A stretch of 64,000 nt of DNA from Felis catus (GCF_018350175.1 NC_058368.1:25112001-25176000); one strand, 5' to 3'. Shown: positions 12,074-24,295, counted from the first letter of the stretch. Program-made: numbers and translations. The notes: a model not told the origin generated them from the letters alone.

Positions 12074-15000
12074 AAAACTCTTAAAAAAAAAAAATGAAAC
12101 AGACTTTAGCCTGCCCAAAGTCACAGCCCCGGCAGGAGGATGCCACCCAGGCAGACCTCCACTTACCTTCTGTGCTCCTCCCAGGCTGGGAGACATTAAC
12201 TCACACCTGGAATGAACGAACATTTCCACGAATGGAGGTTTTAAGTATTGCCATCATGTTAGCACTCCCCGCCCCGGGGTTATCTGTGGCCCCTCCCGGA
12301 AGGGCCTTCCTTCCTGGGGCGACTACCGTAGCAGGAAGCCATCTAAATGGTTGATTTCCAAAGAGATGTACAAAGAGGGATGCTTTCTAAGGGTGGGATT
12401 TCTGGACCTACCACAAGGTGACAAAGCAGGTTGTGGCGCAGAACGCTCGTTTATTTAATTTGCACCACTCCTGAAATAATAGACGCTCTCATCCTCCTGT
12501 AAAAGGTGGGGGAACAGACACAAATGAGATTCATCAACTTGCCCAACATCAAAATCGGGTGAATGGAAGAGCCAACATTCCAACCTGGCCCCGCACCAGT
12601 AGCTTCCCCATCTCTCAGCAACGAAAGAGCCCTGGCAGACGGGAATGTACCCTACCGGGATCTGCACTTGCTCAAAGGGCCTCCGGTCTTTTGGGTTTGG
12701 TTCTGTTTTTCCCATCAGGCAAACCTGCTGCCTCCCGCTCCTGAAACTGCACATCCTGGCAGGAAGCCCTGCCCACCTGCTCTGCAGGCGCACCTCCCGC
12801 CGGGCGGGCGCTCCATTTCCCCCCCCTCCGGCCTCACCCCCACCCCACACACAACACAAAATGACAGGGGAAAGAAAAATATCCTTTGTGTGGCCTGGAA
12901 GACTTAGCCTGAGGCATTACTCCTGCTTCAGCACCAAGACAACAGAAATATGCGATGATTACTGGGTACCTTTGTCAATGGATTTTTAATTTCACCTTAT
13001 TTGTCATTTACTTTCTTAGGAAGAATTCTACAGTCTCCTTCTCTGTCCCGTGGGTGGATGTCTTCGGATCGCTCTCATGTCCCTCTTATTAATTTTACTT
13101 TTATGCTCTCTGAAAAGACATTTTTTTTCACTTTGTCATTCCTTGGGGCTTGCGGGCAGCCCAGAGCCTCAGTTAGCGCCCCGGTGGCATTAAAGGTGAC
13201 ACCTGAGTTCTGAGCCTCACCTGACCTCTGCCATGGCGTTTCTCCTCTCCTCACAGCCAAGCCTGGGAACACCTCCTCTGCCCTCTCTTTCCCCAAATCC
13301 ACCCACAAAATCTGCTACTTTTGGGGGAAGACACAAGCGGGGAGACTTAACCTCCGAAGCCCGGTCTCGATCTGAGCACAGAGGGGCAGCTTGGCTGAGA
13401 TGAGTTCAACGTTCGTTCACTGCCTTTTTGTCAGACAGCTGTGGTGCTTTTCAAACAAAAACTTCAGCAGTTATTTTCCTGTCCTGAAAAAGAATTCAAC
13501 TTCGTCAAATTCACATTGTGTTTTGTTCTCTCAATAGATAGGTCTGGGCAGTTTTGCCCCGGGCATTTCAAACTGAAGCCAATGCCATTTCATACACAAC
13601 TTCCTCAAAGATAGGAGACCCTCAGCCAATCGAATTGGGAGGCTTCCCCGGCCTCCTGCCTGAAAGCACTTTGACTCAGGGGCCGGGACAGTGGGCGTGC
13701 TTTGCACTTCTCCTGTCTTGAGGGAGGAACAGCAGAAGCCTCCTACCCCAGAATCTTTGAGAAATTCATTGCTCAACATGGAGAGCACCTCCTCTGTGCC
13801 AGGCACGTCCTAGGCGCAGGGATAGAAGACAGACACTACCGTGGGTCTACAAAAGAAAGATATTATCCTTCTGTTTCCAGTTTCTAAGTTCAAAACCGGT
13901 GGATAGACATACTCAAGAGTGAGACAGGTGGAGATGAAAATATCAGCCTTAGCACTGGCAAAAGCCAGACTGGAGGGCACGGCGTAGATACGAAGGTTCC
14001 TGTTACTTTCCACACGTGTCCAGCCCACCGCTGCAGAGCCGGACTACGGCAGCCTCCCCCAAAGGGTGGAGCGTGCCCCTCGGGGGCGCTCACTGCTAGG
14101 CTGAGAGCGGGTAGGCATCCCCAGCTCCCCCACGGGGGCCAGACGGAGAGAGAAAGGAAGGGGAGAGCCCAGAGGACTCTGGGCTGGTTTACCAAGCACC
14201 CTGGTTCCCCATGCCCGTTACCCCTCTGCAGAGAAGCAATCAGTGAGTGAGGATGGGAACGGGGCCAGGAAGGGTGCGCTGACTGGAGCCCCTCCACCTG
14301 CCAGCACGCACCACAGGGGACTAGAGACGCCCCCTAAGGGACACATTCCCTCCCCTCACGGAGAGGGCGGCCCTGCGGTAGGGAGGCCAGAGAGGAATTG
14401 TAACAGTAAGTGCTTTCCAGAGCAGGTGGTCTCTGAGCTGAGGCCAGGACGAGGAGGGCCCTTGCCAGCTGGACGAATGGCAGAAGGACCAGGATACGCC
14501 AGGGCCCGGAGCCTAATAGAAAGAGGGTGACTTCGAGGCCAGGCAGACTTGCAGAAAGCCACCAAGGTCCACTTTGTCCCTCTGGCCCTCAGGACCAGCT
14601 TCCTCCACCTCCATCTGGCTTGCGGTCAAGGACTAAGGAACTGAGCACAGGACCCTGAAGGCAGGTGCTCCGCGGGGCAAAGACTGGCGCCTGTCACAGG
14701 TGACTGCCCAGCAAATATTTGCTCTTTGGACCCACATCACATCCCTCTGGCCGCCGGGAACAGGCCACTTTTCCTTCATGCCTCTTGCCGTAACTGCAGA
14801 GACCCCACTCCGAGTCACCTTCTCACTTCCCTGAGCCCCTGTGATGATCCTTCCAGAAGTGATGTTTGCACAAGCCCGAATGCTCTCGGAAGCACGGCTC
14901 TCTGTAAATACAGAGTTTTATTATTAGAAGATGATGAATTTTTAAAATGCCAATTCTGGCCTTTTCGCCGTGACAGAGTGTGACGCAAGTCTGCATACAC

Positions 15001-15490
15001 TTGGCTCCTTCTTCGCCAGACACCTCACGGGTCTCAGCTCCACGCCGAGGACGTGACTTTGTGCAGCAGTCGAGGCTACGATGCCCAGGGGGGATCAGGG
15101 ACATCCTGTGAATGATGGAGCCCACGCAGCCACCCAACTCCTGGGAATGCCCAGGAATATTCGTCCAGCATGGCTTGTCAAGAAAAAGCAGAAAAATCTG
15201 TATTTTGTGTAAAATGTCCTGAATGTTAAATATCGGCCTCCAATTCAACAGTTAAAAAAGAACACCGTGAGGCCCTAACATGACACATCGAGGGGCAGGT
15301 TCACTCTCCTCCCACTCCCCCCGCCAGCTGGCTTCTGATCTACGGCAACTTTGCCCTAATGTCCGGTTCAGCACTTGGACTGGATTGCTGGAAAGAGAGC
15401 TATGGTCTCGAGGAAGTGAGCCTTGGCCACCCAGGGGAGGGCAAGGTCTGTGCTGTGCATATTTTATTTTATTTTTAATTTAAAAAAAAA

Positions 15491-15706
15491 ATTTTTTTTT
15501 TTCAACGTTTATTTATTTTTGGGACAGAGAGAGAGCATGAACGGGGGAGGGGCAGAGAGAGAGAGAGGAAGACACAGAATCGGAAACAGGCTCCAGGCTC
15601 TGAGCCATCAGCCCAGAGCCTGACGCGGGGCTCGAAACTCACGGACCGCGAGATCGTGACCTGGCTGAAGTCGGACGCTTAACTGACTGCGCCACCCAGG
15701 CGCCCC
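15491..15706 (-). mobile_element. Young cat SINE nested in the tail of the adjacent SINE
   Basis: Young diagnostic body; lies inside the outer TSD of the 15711-15928 element. Confidence 0.95.
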
Positions 15707-15710
15707 TTAA

Positions 15711-15928
15711 ATTTTTTTAATGTTTATTTATTTTTGAGAGAAAGAGAGAGAGACAGAGTGTGAGTGGGAGAGAGGCAGAGAGAGAGAGAGGAAGACACAG
15801 AATCCGAAGCAGGCTCCAGGCTCTGAGCTGTCAGCACAGAGCCCGACGTGGGGCTCGAACCCACGAACCTTGAGATCACGACCTGAGCCGAAGTCGGGCG
15901 CTCAACCGACTGAGCCACCCAGGCACCT
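15711..15928 (-). mobile_element. Cat SINE (SINEC_Fc2 type)
   Basis: Perfect 14-bp TSD ctgtgcatatttta at 15453-15466 and 15929-15942. Confidence 0.95.
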
Positions 15929-16064
15929 CTGTGCATATTTTAAACTACTGCTTCTTAGCATTTTCAGCTTCACATAATTTTTCCTTTAATGTTTTCAGTC
16001 GTAGGGCTTGTCCTAATTCAGGCTTGTGCTCTACGGCGCGACTCTTCGCCGGACAGGAAGACTG

Positions 16065-16280
16065 TGGTTGAGACCACACACGGAGCCTGTGCAGTGCCAC
16101 AGGTCTGGGGTCAAATCCCGACCCGTCACTTCTTGGCCGTGTGATTTGGACAAATCACTGAACCTTTCTGGGCCTCGTGGGCAAGTGAGGGATGGCTACC
16201 AACCCTATTTCAAAGGGCAACTATGAGAAATACTTGTAGGTAAAACACCAGGCACCTGTCCGGCAGAGTGAAACCCCGGC
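16065..16280 (+). mobile_element. MIR
   Basis: MIR core: ggggtcaaatcccgacccgtcacttcttggccgtgtgatttggacaaatcactgaacctttctgggcctc. Confidence 0.65.
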
Positions 16281-17099
16281 TACAGGATCTCCATGTCCTC
16301 GATGCCTCCTGCTCCTAACGCACAACCCCAGGGCGTGCGGAAAGCCAGGTGGACGACCCTTGGAGAGCGAAAAGTAAAAGACCAGAATCAGCCGGCATTT
16401 GGGGCACATCCACAATGCTCAGCGGATTGCTGATCGAACCTAGAAACAATTTGCCATGTGCCTTACTGGCCTCTTTTACCGACGGGATCAAACACGCTTA
16501 TGAAGCCAAAGTCTGGGGCATGGAGCCCCCATAACCGTCGGGCCCTGTGTGGGCATCAAGTGATTCCTTCTCTTGGGTGGAGACTGTTTCCTTTCTGCCT
16601 GCTGGGCTTGCACCAGAGAGTTTGACGGGACCCTTTCCCATGGCGCGCATTGTTCCGCCTCAGCTCACCGTTGTCTGCAGACGTTAGAATGTACGCTGGC
16701 TGGACAGCGGGCAGACCATCATCTGGCTCATCCTTGGACCTCCTTCCTCCTCATCAGCCTGCCCCGTGGCTGCCAAGTGGTCATGCAAAAACAAACAAAC
16801 AAACAAACAACAACAAAAAAAACCACACCCCTCCAGAAACAAGAAGCTACTCATTGAAGCCTGGGCCAAGGTGCATTAACACCGTCATACCCACATTCTC
16901 TCCCAATCCCACTCTAGCCGTTGCCCACTGATAGTTTTCCTGTCCTTCTCCACTTGGAAGCTCTCCGTGATATCAATGATTGCCTCTAGTGTCAGATTAT
17001 CATCTGTCTTCCTCATTACACTATAGATTCCTTGGGTGCCCATAAAGCTTTCAACATGAAACTTTGGAAATCAGGGACTGTGAGGAATAGGAACTGGGT

Positions 17100-17296
17100 A
17101 TTTATTTATTTATTTGACAGAGAGAGAGAGAGAGAGAGAGTGTATGCACGAACCAGAGAGAGGGGCAGAGGAGAGAGAGAGACTCTCAACCAAGCTCCAC
17201 ACTCCGGATGGAGGGCTCAATCCCACGCCCCCGGGATCATGATCGGAGCCAAACTCCAGAGCCGGACGCTCAACCGGCTGAGCCACCCAGGTGCCC
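17100..17296 (-). mobile_element. Older carnivore SINE
   Basis: (GA)n segment; ends ctgagccacccaggtgccc. Confidence 0.85.
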
Positions 17297-17893
17297 GGAG
17301 AGACCGGGCTGCCTGTGTTGTAGATGTTCCTCAGCTCCTATAGAAATCCAGGAAAAAAAAAACCCAGAAGGTCTAAGACGGGAAAAGACCTTCGCGTTTG
17401 CCGCACGCCGGCACCAAGAGCCCAGAGAGCAGGGCCCGAACGTGCCGGGATGCCAGCGCCACTGAGTCAGGTCTGCCGGCAGCGACGGGCATTGGGCTGG
17501 CTCTTTCGGGGGCGGGGGGAGGGGGCAGCAAGCTGACGTGGAGTCAGGGACCGGAAGCTGTGAACAGAACACCTGCCGGCCCTGGAACAAGGGCACCGCC
17601 GGGGCCGCCACCGCGGGGAGAAAAGCTGGGTGAGCGCTGGCCTTTTCCGTGGTACCTGAACAAACTGTAACGATTTTCAAGGCGTTTGTGGGACTCTAAA
17701 GTACGTTCTGGCTGATGACATCTTCCGAAGTATAACGAATTGCACGCTTCTGTTGCTAGAGCGTGGCTTTCTGGGTGTGTGCTATGGAGAGCTTCCGAGA
17801 ACCAGTGATCTCACGTTCATGCATTCATTCATCAACCATGTGAGGCGCTGTGCTCCGTAGTACGGGAATACTAAGAGGAGCTTAAAGTCAATG

Positions 17894-17953
17894 GGGGGGG
17901 GGGGGGACGGTGGGGGGTGCGGGGGGGACGGTGGGGGGGCGCGGGGGGGAGGG
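17894..17953 (+). repeat. G-rich low-complexity tract (G-quadruplex-prone)
   Basis: Five G-runs of 6 or more G with short spacers (ac, t, gc). Confidence 0.85.
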
Positions 17954-18123
17954 ACGCAATTTGGTCTTAAAGATTGAATAGGACTTTACCAGATAGACAT
18001 GAGTTGGGGAGAGGAAGGCACAGGACTGAAAGTCAAACCCTGAAGAGATGGAAAGATATGGCAGAAGCACAAGGATCTTCAAAGTTCAGATAATGCAATT
18101 ATTGATTTTAAAACATTTCAGAT

Positions 18124-18321
18124 GGAGCACCTCATTCAGGCAGTTACGCTTCCGACTTCGGCTCAGGTCATGATCTCTCGCTTTACGGGTTCGAGCCCCA
18201 CGTCGGGCTCTGTGCTGACGGCTCAGGGCCTGGAGCCTGCTTCGGATTCCGTGTCTCCCTTGCTCTCTGCCCCTCCCCCATTCGCACTCTGTCTCTCAAA
18301 AATAAATACGTGACACATTTT
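18124..18321 (+). mobile_element. Cat SINE (SINEC_Fc2 type, diverged head)
   Basis: SINE body; TSD tttaaaacattt(c/g)agatg. Confidence 0.9.
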
Positions 18322-18865
18322 TTTAAAACATTTGAGATGATCTATAATTGGGCAGTATTTGAACAGAGGGCTTCTGGAGTAAATATCTTTTTTTTACTTC
18401 TAATTTATAATACAGTAGTTATCGGCCAATGCTCAAAAGTAATTGGAGTGATTTACAATGCGAAGTCTTTATTCTCAGCGTCAGAGAAGGTGTCATTATC
18501 AGATGTTCCAGCAGAAGATGTTGGCAGTCCAGCCACGGCCCTCCCCATTCCTGCACTTAGCCATTTCCCACTGTCCCTTCTACGGCTCTGCCGGTGGGCT
18601 TTCAGCCAATGAAAGAAAACAGGGGATAAATCCCCTAACTTCCTCGGGTATGACAGCTCGGAGATGCATTTGACACTGTCTCCTGGAGTCCCCCAACAAG
18701 ATTGACCCCCAACGGCCCACAACGGCATCTTGCTCATTAATGCCCTCTGTATTGGCCTCCTTCCCTTCTCTTCCTCACTTCTCCACTTACCTCCTGCGAT
18801 CCCCTCAAACGTAACCTATCTGCATTCAAATCTTTGTCTCGGGGTCTGTTTCGGGAGGACTCCCA

Positions 18866-19321
18866 TGTTGCGGATTGAACTGTGTCTCCCCCAAATCGCA
18901 TGCTGAAGTTCTGATCTCTGCTCTCCCATCTCTGCACGCGACCTTTTTTGGAAATAGGATCTTTGCAAATGAAATCAAGTTACGCTGAGGTCACCCTGGA
19001 TCAGGGTAGGGCCCTCATGACTGGCTCCTTACAAGAAGAGAAGAGTCACAGACACACACAGGGAGACGGCCGTGAGAAGACAGAGACAGAGACCGGAGCG
19101 ATGCATGCGTGTGCCCGGGAACGCTAAGGATTGTCAGTAGTCATCAGAAACTACAATAAATGCACACACAGGATTCTCTGAGGATTTCCCCCAAGGAACC
19201 AGTTCTGCCAACACCCCAAGTTTGGACTTCTGGTCTTGTGAACTATGAGAGAATAAATTCCTGTTCATTTAATACATCCGGTTTGTGGTCTTCTGTTAGA
19301 GCTCCCTGGGAAACTAATACA
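18866..19321 (+). mobile_element. MaLR solo LTR (MLT1B/C-like)
   Basis: TG...CA ends; tttggaaataggatctttgca, gagaataaattcctgtt, ggaaactaataca motifs. Confidence 0.8.
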
Positions 19322-19794
19322 CTGACCCATGATAAAAGTGAATGTTTCCTTCTTCTGGATTTTCTACGAGTCTGGGGCTCTTTGGCTATGTGCTTCAGAG
19401 TCTCTTACTGCAGGAATCCACGCTGTTCCTGGTCAGGGGGTCAGACTGTGATGTCAGGAGAGATCGGGCAGATAGGAATGGAAGAAAGGGATGAATGGAC
19501 TCTTCTGAGTCCTCCTGGGTGATTACAGCCACTGAAAATAATAATGTGACCATATTTTACAACCAGAAAGATCTGGAAATGGCTGGTGCTTCTGCAACAT
19601 CCGTGGATCTCCTGTACCCACTCACATAATCAAGCTTGCACAGCTTTTAAGTGCTAAGGTATGTTGTTCCCCATCTTTAGGCGGATCACAGCACTAATTA
19701 AATACTGGCATAGGAGTCTGTATAACTTTGAACTCGCTTGTCACAAATTATACATTCCAAATCTTCTGGCTGTGTGCATTTCTATTCCATTTCT

Positions 19795-20300
19795 AGAAAG
19801 AAAAAGAAAGAGAGAAAGAAAGAAAGAAGAAGGAAGGAAGGAAATAAAGAGAAAGAAAAAAGGAAAGAAAGAAAGAAAAAAGAAAGAAGGAAGGAAAGAA
19901 AGAAGAAAGAAGGAAGGAGAAGAAAGAAAGAAAGAAAAAGAAAAAAAAGAAGGAAGAAAGAAAGAAGAAGGAAGGAAGGAAAGAAAGAAAGAGAAAGAAA
20001 AAAGGAAAGAAAGAAAGAAAAAGAAAGAAGGAAGAAAAGAAAGAAAGAAGGAAGGAAGGAAAGAGAAGAAAAAGGAAAGAAAGAAAGAAAGAAAGAAAAA
20101 AGGAAGGAAAGGAAGAAGGAAGGAAGGAAGGAAGGAGAAGAAAGAAGGAAAAAGAAAGAGGGAAGAAAAAAAGAAGAAGAAAGGAAGGAAAGAAAAAGAA
20201 GGAAGGAAAAAAGAAAGAAGGAAGGAAAGAAAGAGAAGAAAGAAAAAAGGAAAGAAAGAAAGAAAGAAAGGGAGGGAGGGAAGGAGGAACGAAGAAAGAG
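19795..20300 (+). repeat. Compound polypurine (GAAA/GAAG/GGAA)n tract
   Basis: 506 bp of A/G with only two pyrimidines (T19845, C20290). Confidence 0.98.
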
Positions 20301-20749
20301 CAAGTCACCGAGTCTCTTGAAAATTATCTCAATCTTTTATCAAAACCCAATTCCAGTTTTCAAACCTTCAGAGGTTTCTATCTTCTTTTATCCCCCTTTA
20401 TTGAGCCAGCTGCCTCCTCCCTAACTTGCATGTCAGTCTTTTTCTGTAAGAAATAAATCTACCTCTAAGGGTTTGACCTTGAGCCTGGAAGATGGAGGAA
20501 GCACAGAGGGAAATAAGTACAGCCTGACAGAGACGATACAAACCCACTCCTGAGGCTCCGGGAGAAGGAGGGGGGAGCGCCTCGTGTGTTTTGGTACCTC
20601 TGAGTTTTTCTCCCGGACTTTCGCCCCCCAGGCCGGAGTCATCAGCTGGGTACCCAAAGCAAAACCCTGTGTGGGCCTGTGGCTGAAAGTGGCCACACCA
20701 ATTTGGAAGTCTCTTTTAGAGATCTGATCCTGCCATGCTGCAGACAAGG

Positions 20750-20763
20750 GTTGCCATGGTAAC
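20750..20763. promoter_or_regulatory. RFX X-box motif
   Basis: GTTGCCATGGTAAC matches the consensus GTTRCCATGGYAAC; lies in unique sequence. Confidence 0.55.
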
Positions 20764-21580
20764 TCTCCGGGGGCATTTTCAACCAGAGACATTCCAACAC
20801 GCAGAGACGGGTGGTTAAGAAAATCTATCGTGACATCGAGTTGGCGTTTTAATTTGAGGCAGAGTCAGAAACTCTGCCTGCAGCTCGGAGTGACCCTCTG
20901 AGCAGGAGAAGGCAAGTGATCAAAGTAATCTGTCATGTCTGTAATCAGACCCCCAAAGCGGGGAGGGCGCTGTCTGGAAGCCCTCTGGGGGAGGTCTCTC
21001 CACAAGAGTGAAGCCCAGCCAGCTATAGCCTCTGCAAGTACTGTTAAGAGCCCAAGTCAATGATGTTGTTCTTCCCGGCCAGGGAGGCCAGCATGGTCTT
21101 TCTTTTCCTGACTCGCTTACCCTCCCGGTCTCCCTCCCAGAAATCTTCCTGCCTTTCCAGGTTCTTTCTCTCTTGGCTGATCTGCCATATCGGATTTTGG
21201 ATGCATTTGGCCATGGAGTTCAGTCCTAGCCGCGGGACCTTGTTCGCTCACCCCCTCTGGGCCACAACTTCTGCGCCCGTGGTGGTGGACACTATTTTAA
21301 ACAGCGAATAGGGAGACATCTGTAAACGGCTTAACACAAAAGGAGCACAGAGCTACCCAACAAACGGCTCCTTCTCCTCTTACAACTTTTCCTTAGTCTT
21401 TGTGCGAAGAAGAGTGACTCTAAATCAGAGAAGAATATGTCCCTCTAGTTCTGTGGGTACTTGGCTAAGATAGACGAGTTCGATGGTAGTTACTTTTCAG
21501 TTGGAGGAGGGACTCTCCTCGGATAAAGGCACAACATCCCGAGAAAGCTGGAAAGGGACAGGCAGAAATAACACTCAACA

Positions 21581-21826
21581 GGGGCACCGGGGTGGCCCTG
21601 TTGCTTGAGTGTCCGACACTTGATTTTGGCTCAGGTCGTGATCTTGCAGTTTGTGAGATTGAGCCCCTCGCCCCCCCCCCCCCCCCACCTCAGGCTTGCG
21701 CTGACCGCATGGAACCTGCTTGGGATTCTCTCTCTCCCTCTCTCTCTGCCCGTCACCTCCTCTCGCATGCAGACACGTGCGTGTGCTCGCTCTCAGAAAG
21801 AAATGAACTTAAAAATATATATATAT
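21581..21826 (+). mobile_element. Older carnivore SINE
   Basis: ggggcaccggggtggc head, (CT)n, degenerate TSD cact(c/g)aaca. Confidence 0.85.
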
Positions 21827-21909
21827 ATCACTGAACAAAATCTTGCTATGACCCTTTCTAGTGAGTCTGGGGCGCTGGGGGTGGGGGTAGGAGGAAGTGC
21901 AAGTGTCCC

Positions 21910-22017
21910 CGGTAACACAACAACGTGAATGCACCAGAGGCCACTGGACTGTATGCTTAAAAATGATGAAGCTGGCAAATTTCATGTCATGTGTACTTTT
22001 AACCATAATTTTAAAAA
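21910..22017 (+). mobile_element. Old L1M 3' end fragment
   Basis: acaacgtgaatgcacc...gccactggactgtatgcttaaaaatg...aatttcatgtcatgtgtacttttaaccataattt. Confidence 0.65.
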
Positions 22018-22233
22018 GATGTGTCACAAGTGATTTCCTGAGCGTTTTATTCCAGACTTGGTTTTTTGTTGTTGTTGTTGTTTTTTTTTTTTAAGTAATG
22101 CAATTAACGCATTAAGCTAAGGGGGAAAAAAAATCCATTTAGGTTGTTTTTTTTTTGTGTGTGTGGTTAATGACAGCAGTGATATCCTTAATGCAGATGG
22201 ATTCACAAAGAAAAAGGCACTGTAAACTTTGAA

Positions 22234-22449
22234 TTTTTTTTTTCAACGTTTTTTATTTATTTTGGGGACAGAGAGAGACAGAGCATGAACGGGGGAGGGA
22301 CAGAGGGAGAGGGAGACACAGAATCGGAAACAGGCTCCAGGCTCTGAGCCATCAGCCCAGAGCCTGACGTGGGGCTCGAACTCACGGACCGTGAGATTGT
22401 GACCTGGCTGAAGTCGGACGCTTAACCAACTGCACCACCCAGGCGCCCC
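22234..22449 (-). mobile_element. Young cat SINE
   Basis: 20-bp TSD aaggcact(g/a)taaactttgaa at 22214-22233 and 22450-22469. Confidence 0.95.
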
Positions 22450-23528
22450 AAGGCACTATAAACTTTGAAAAGCCAGTGAAAGAATGAAAAGTTATTAAAT
22501 CCCCCAAATCACAAACCTCTTTTCTGATCCCTTTGAACTTGGATCTTAGGCTACCTTGAAAACACGGGGTTTGGTTTCCTTTCTGCGTCCATATTTCGCC
22601 CCCAAAGGTGGCGAAATTTAATCTGCATGAAATTGCAGTCATTACCCAGCCGTGTGTCTGACGGGGTTGGCTTCTGTCGGGGCTGGAAAACATTCGAGGG
22701 CTTCTGGCTTCTCCTGCCACCCAGTCATCCGCTCCAGGGAAGGCAGCCACCTTCCCGAAGGAGGCGGAAAATTTCTGTCATAAAGGTGGCTCGAAGGGTG
22801 GCTGTACTAAATTACCCCTTAAACTGGCAGGTGCAGTAAATTATTTAATGAATCTTCCGCTGCAGCGTTTGGGCTTTTGTTTTCTTCAAATTAAAAATGA
22901 AGGCAGGGGGGTGGGGTGGAAAAAGCAATTTCAGTGAGACGCTGCTCAATGTTTTTCAAGCCTGTGGAATTTCACTGACACCTCCACCCCCAGAAACAAG
23001 CATGTCAATCACAGACTCGGGAGCTGAGAGGGGACGAGGTTTCCAGAGCGGCTCTGACCCAAGGCGTGCGGACAGGCGCTGGCAGTCACCAAAGGGGTTT
23101 CTGCTGTTCTGGGAGCCACAGAGGCCAGATGTTGGAGGCCACTCATGGGCGCGGAAAGGGACGGTGAACACTGACCCTGTGAGCAAGGGTGAGGCTGTTC
23201 CTGCCCCCTGGCTCAGCGGCTCCCTGGAAGGGGGGAGGAAAGAGCACTTCTCCGCGTCCTATGCGCGTGACGCGTCGTCCTTGTACCTTACCTGTGAGTT
23301 TTCACATCAGCCTCGGGCAGAAGGTACCCACAAGTAGAAAATGGCTCAGAGTGAGCGAGCAACTTACCGAAGTGGTGATTCCGCATGGCAGACTTTGGGA
23401 CCGGGAGGACTCCAGAGCGCTCCCTCCTTCCATCAGACAAGAAGGTCCGTTCTGCAACCTGGGAGGAGGGGGTGTTCAGTTTAGGGAGGACGGTATGGGG
23501 CAGAAAGCAGCAAGGAGATGCAGTGCTG

Positions 23529-23530
<2 letters not shown>

Positions 23531-23563
<33 letters not shown>
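23531..23563 (+). repeat. Poly(A)33 run
   Basis: 33 consecutive A with no adjacent SINE or L1 body. Confidence 0.95.
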
Positions 23564-23568
<5 letters not shown>

Positions 23569-23812
23569 AACCCCATGAAGGCCAAGTTTGGGCGGGGGGA
23601 GGGGGGGCTTGAGTTTAGGGTGAGGCTTCCTGCTTGTGTTGAGTAATTAATTAATGGGGAGCCACTGAGGATGTATGAGAAAGGGAGTGCCCATGCCAGA
23701 TCTTCAGGAGGTTCCTCCAGCCACAGTCTAGGGGGCAGACTCACATGGAAGGACTTCAGAAGGATGTCAGTGGTTTGGCGGTGAGTTGGCTCCAGGGTGT
23801 GGACTTTCTCTG

Positions 23813-24040
23813 TTTTTTTTTTTTTTTAATTTTTTTTTAATGTTTATTTATTTTTGACAGGGAGAAAGGCAGAGCATGAGCGGGGGGGGGGAGGGGCAGA
23901 GAGAGAGGGAGACACAGAAGCAGGCTCCAGGCTCTGAGCTGTCAGCCCAGAGCCCGACGCGGGGCTCGAACTCACGGACCGCGAGATCGTGACCTGAGCC
24001 CAAGTCAGACGCTCAACCGACTGAGCCACCCAGGCGCCCC
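23813..24040 (-). mobile_element. Cat SINE (SINEC_Fc2 type)
   Basis: Full reverse SINE; no clear TSD. Confidence 0.9.
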
Positions 24041-24096
24041 AATGTTTTCTGAGCGGTTACACTTTCTCCTTTCTGCACACATCCCTCCGGAGAAGG

Positions 24097-24295
24097 AGGC
24101 AGCATAGCGAGCTGGTCACAAGCTCGGCCTCTTTTTTGCTGTGTGAGTTGGAGCAAAGTCCTTCCCTTCTCTGGGTTTACTTTCCTCTTCTAGAAAATGG
24201 GAAAAATAAGACGTGCTTCACAGGGCTGCCGTGAAAGATACAGGAGAATAAAGTTATTTAACACTTGGCAGCATGATACACACTTAATAACTGAC
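24097..24295 (+). mobile_element. MIR
   Basis: gctgtgtgagttggagcaaagtccttcccttctctgggtttactttcctcttctagaaaatggg core. Confidence 0.6.

Noticed and set aside
19661..20424. Long K/R/E-rich and F/L/S-rich ORFs (171-228 aa)
   Set aside because: They are translations of the polypurine tract, which has almost no possible stop codons.
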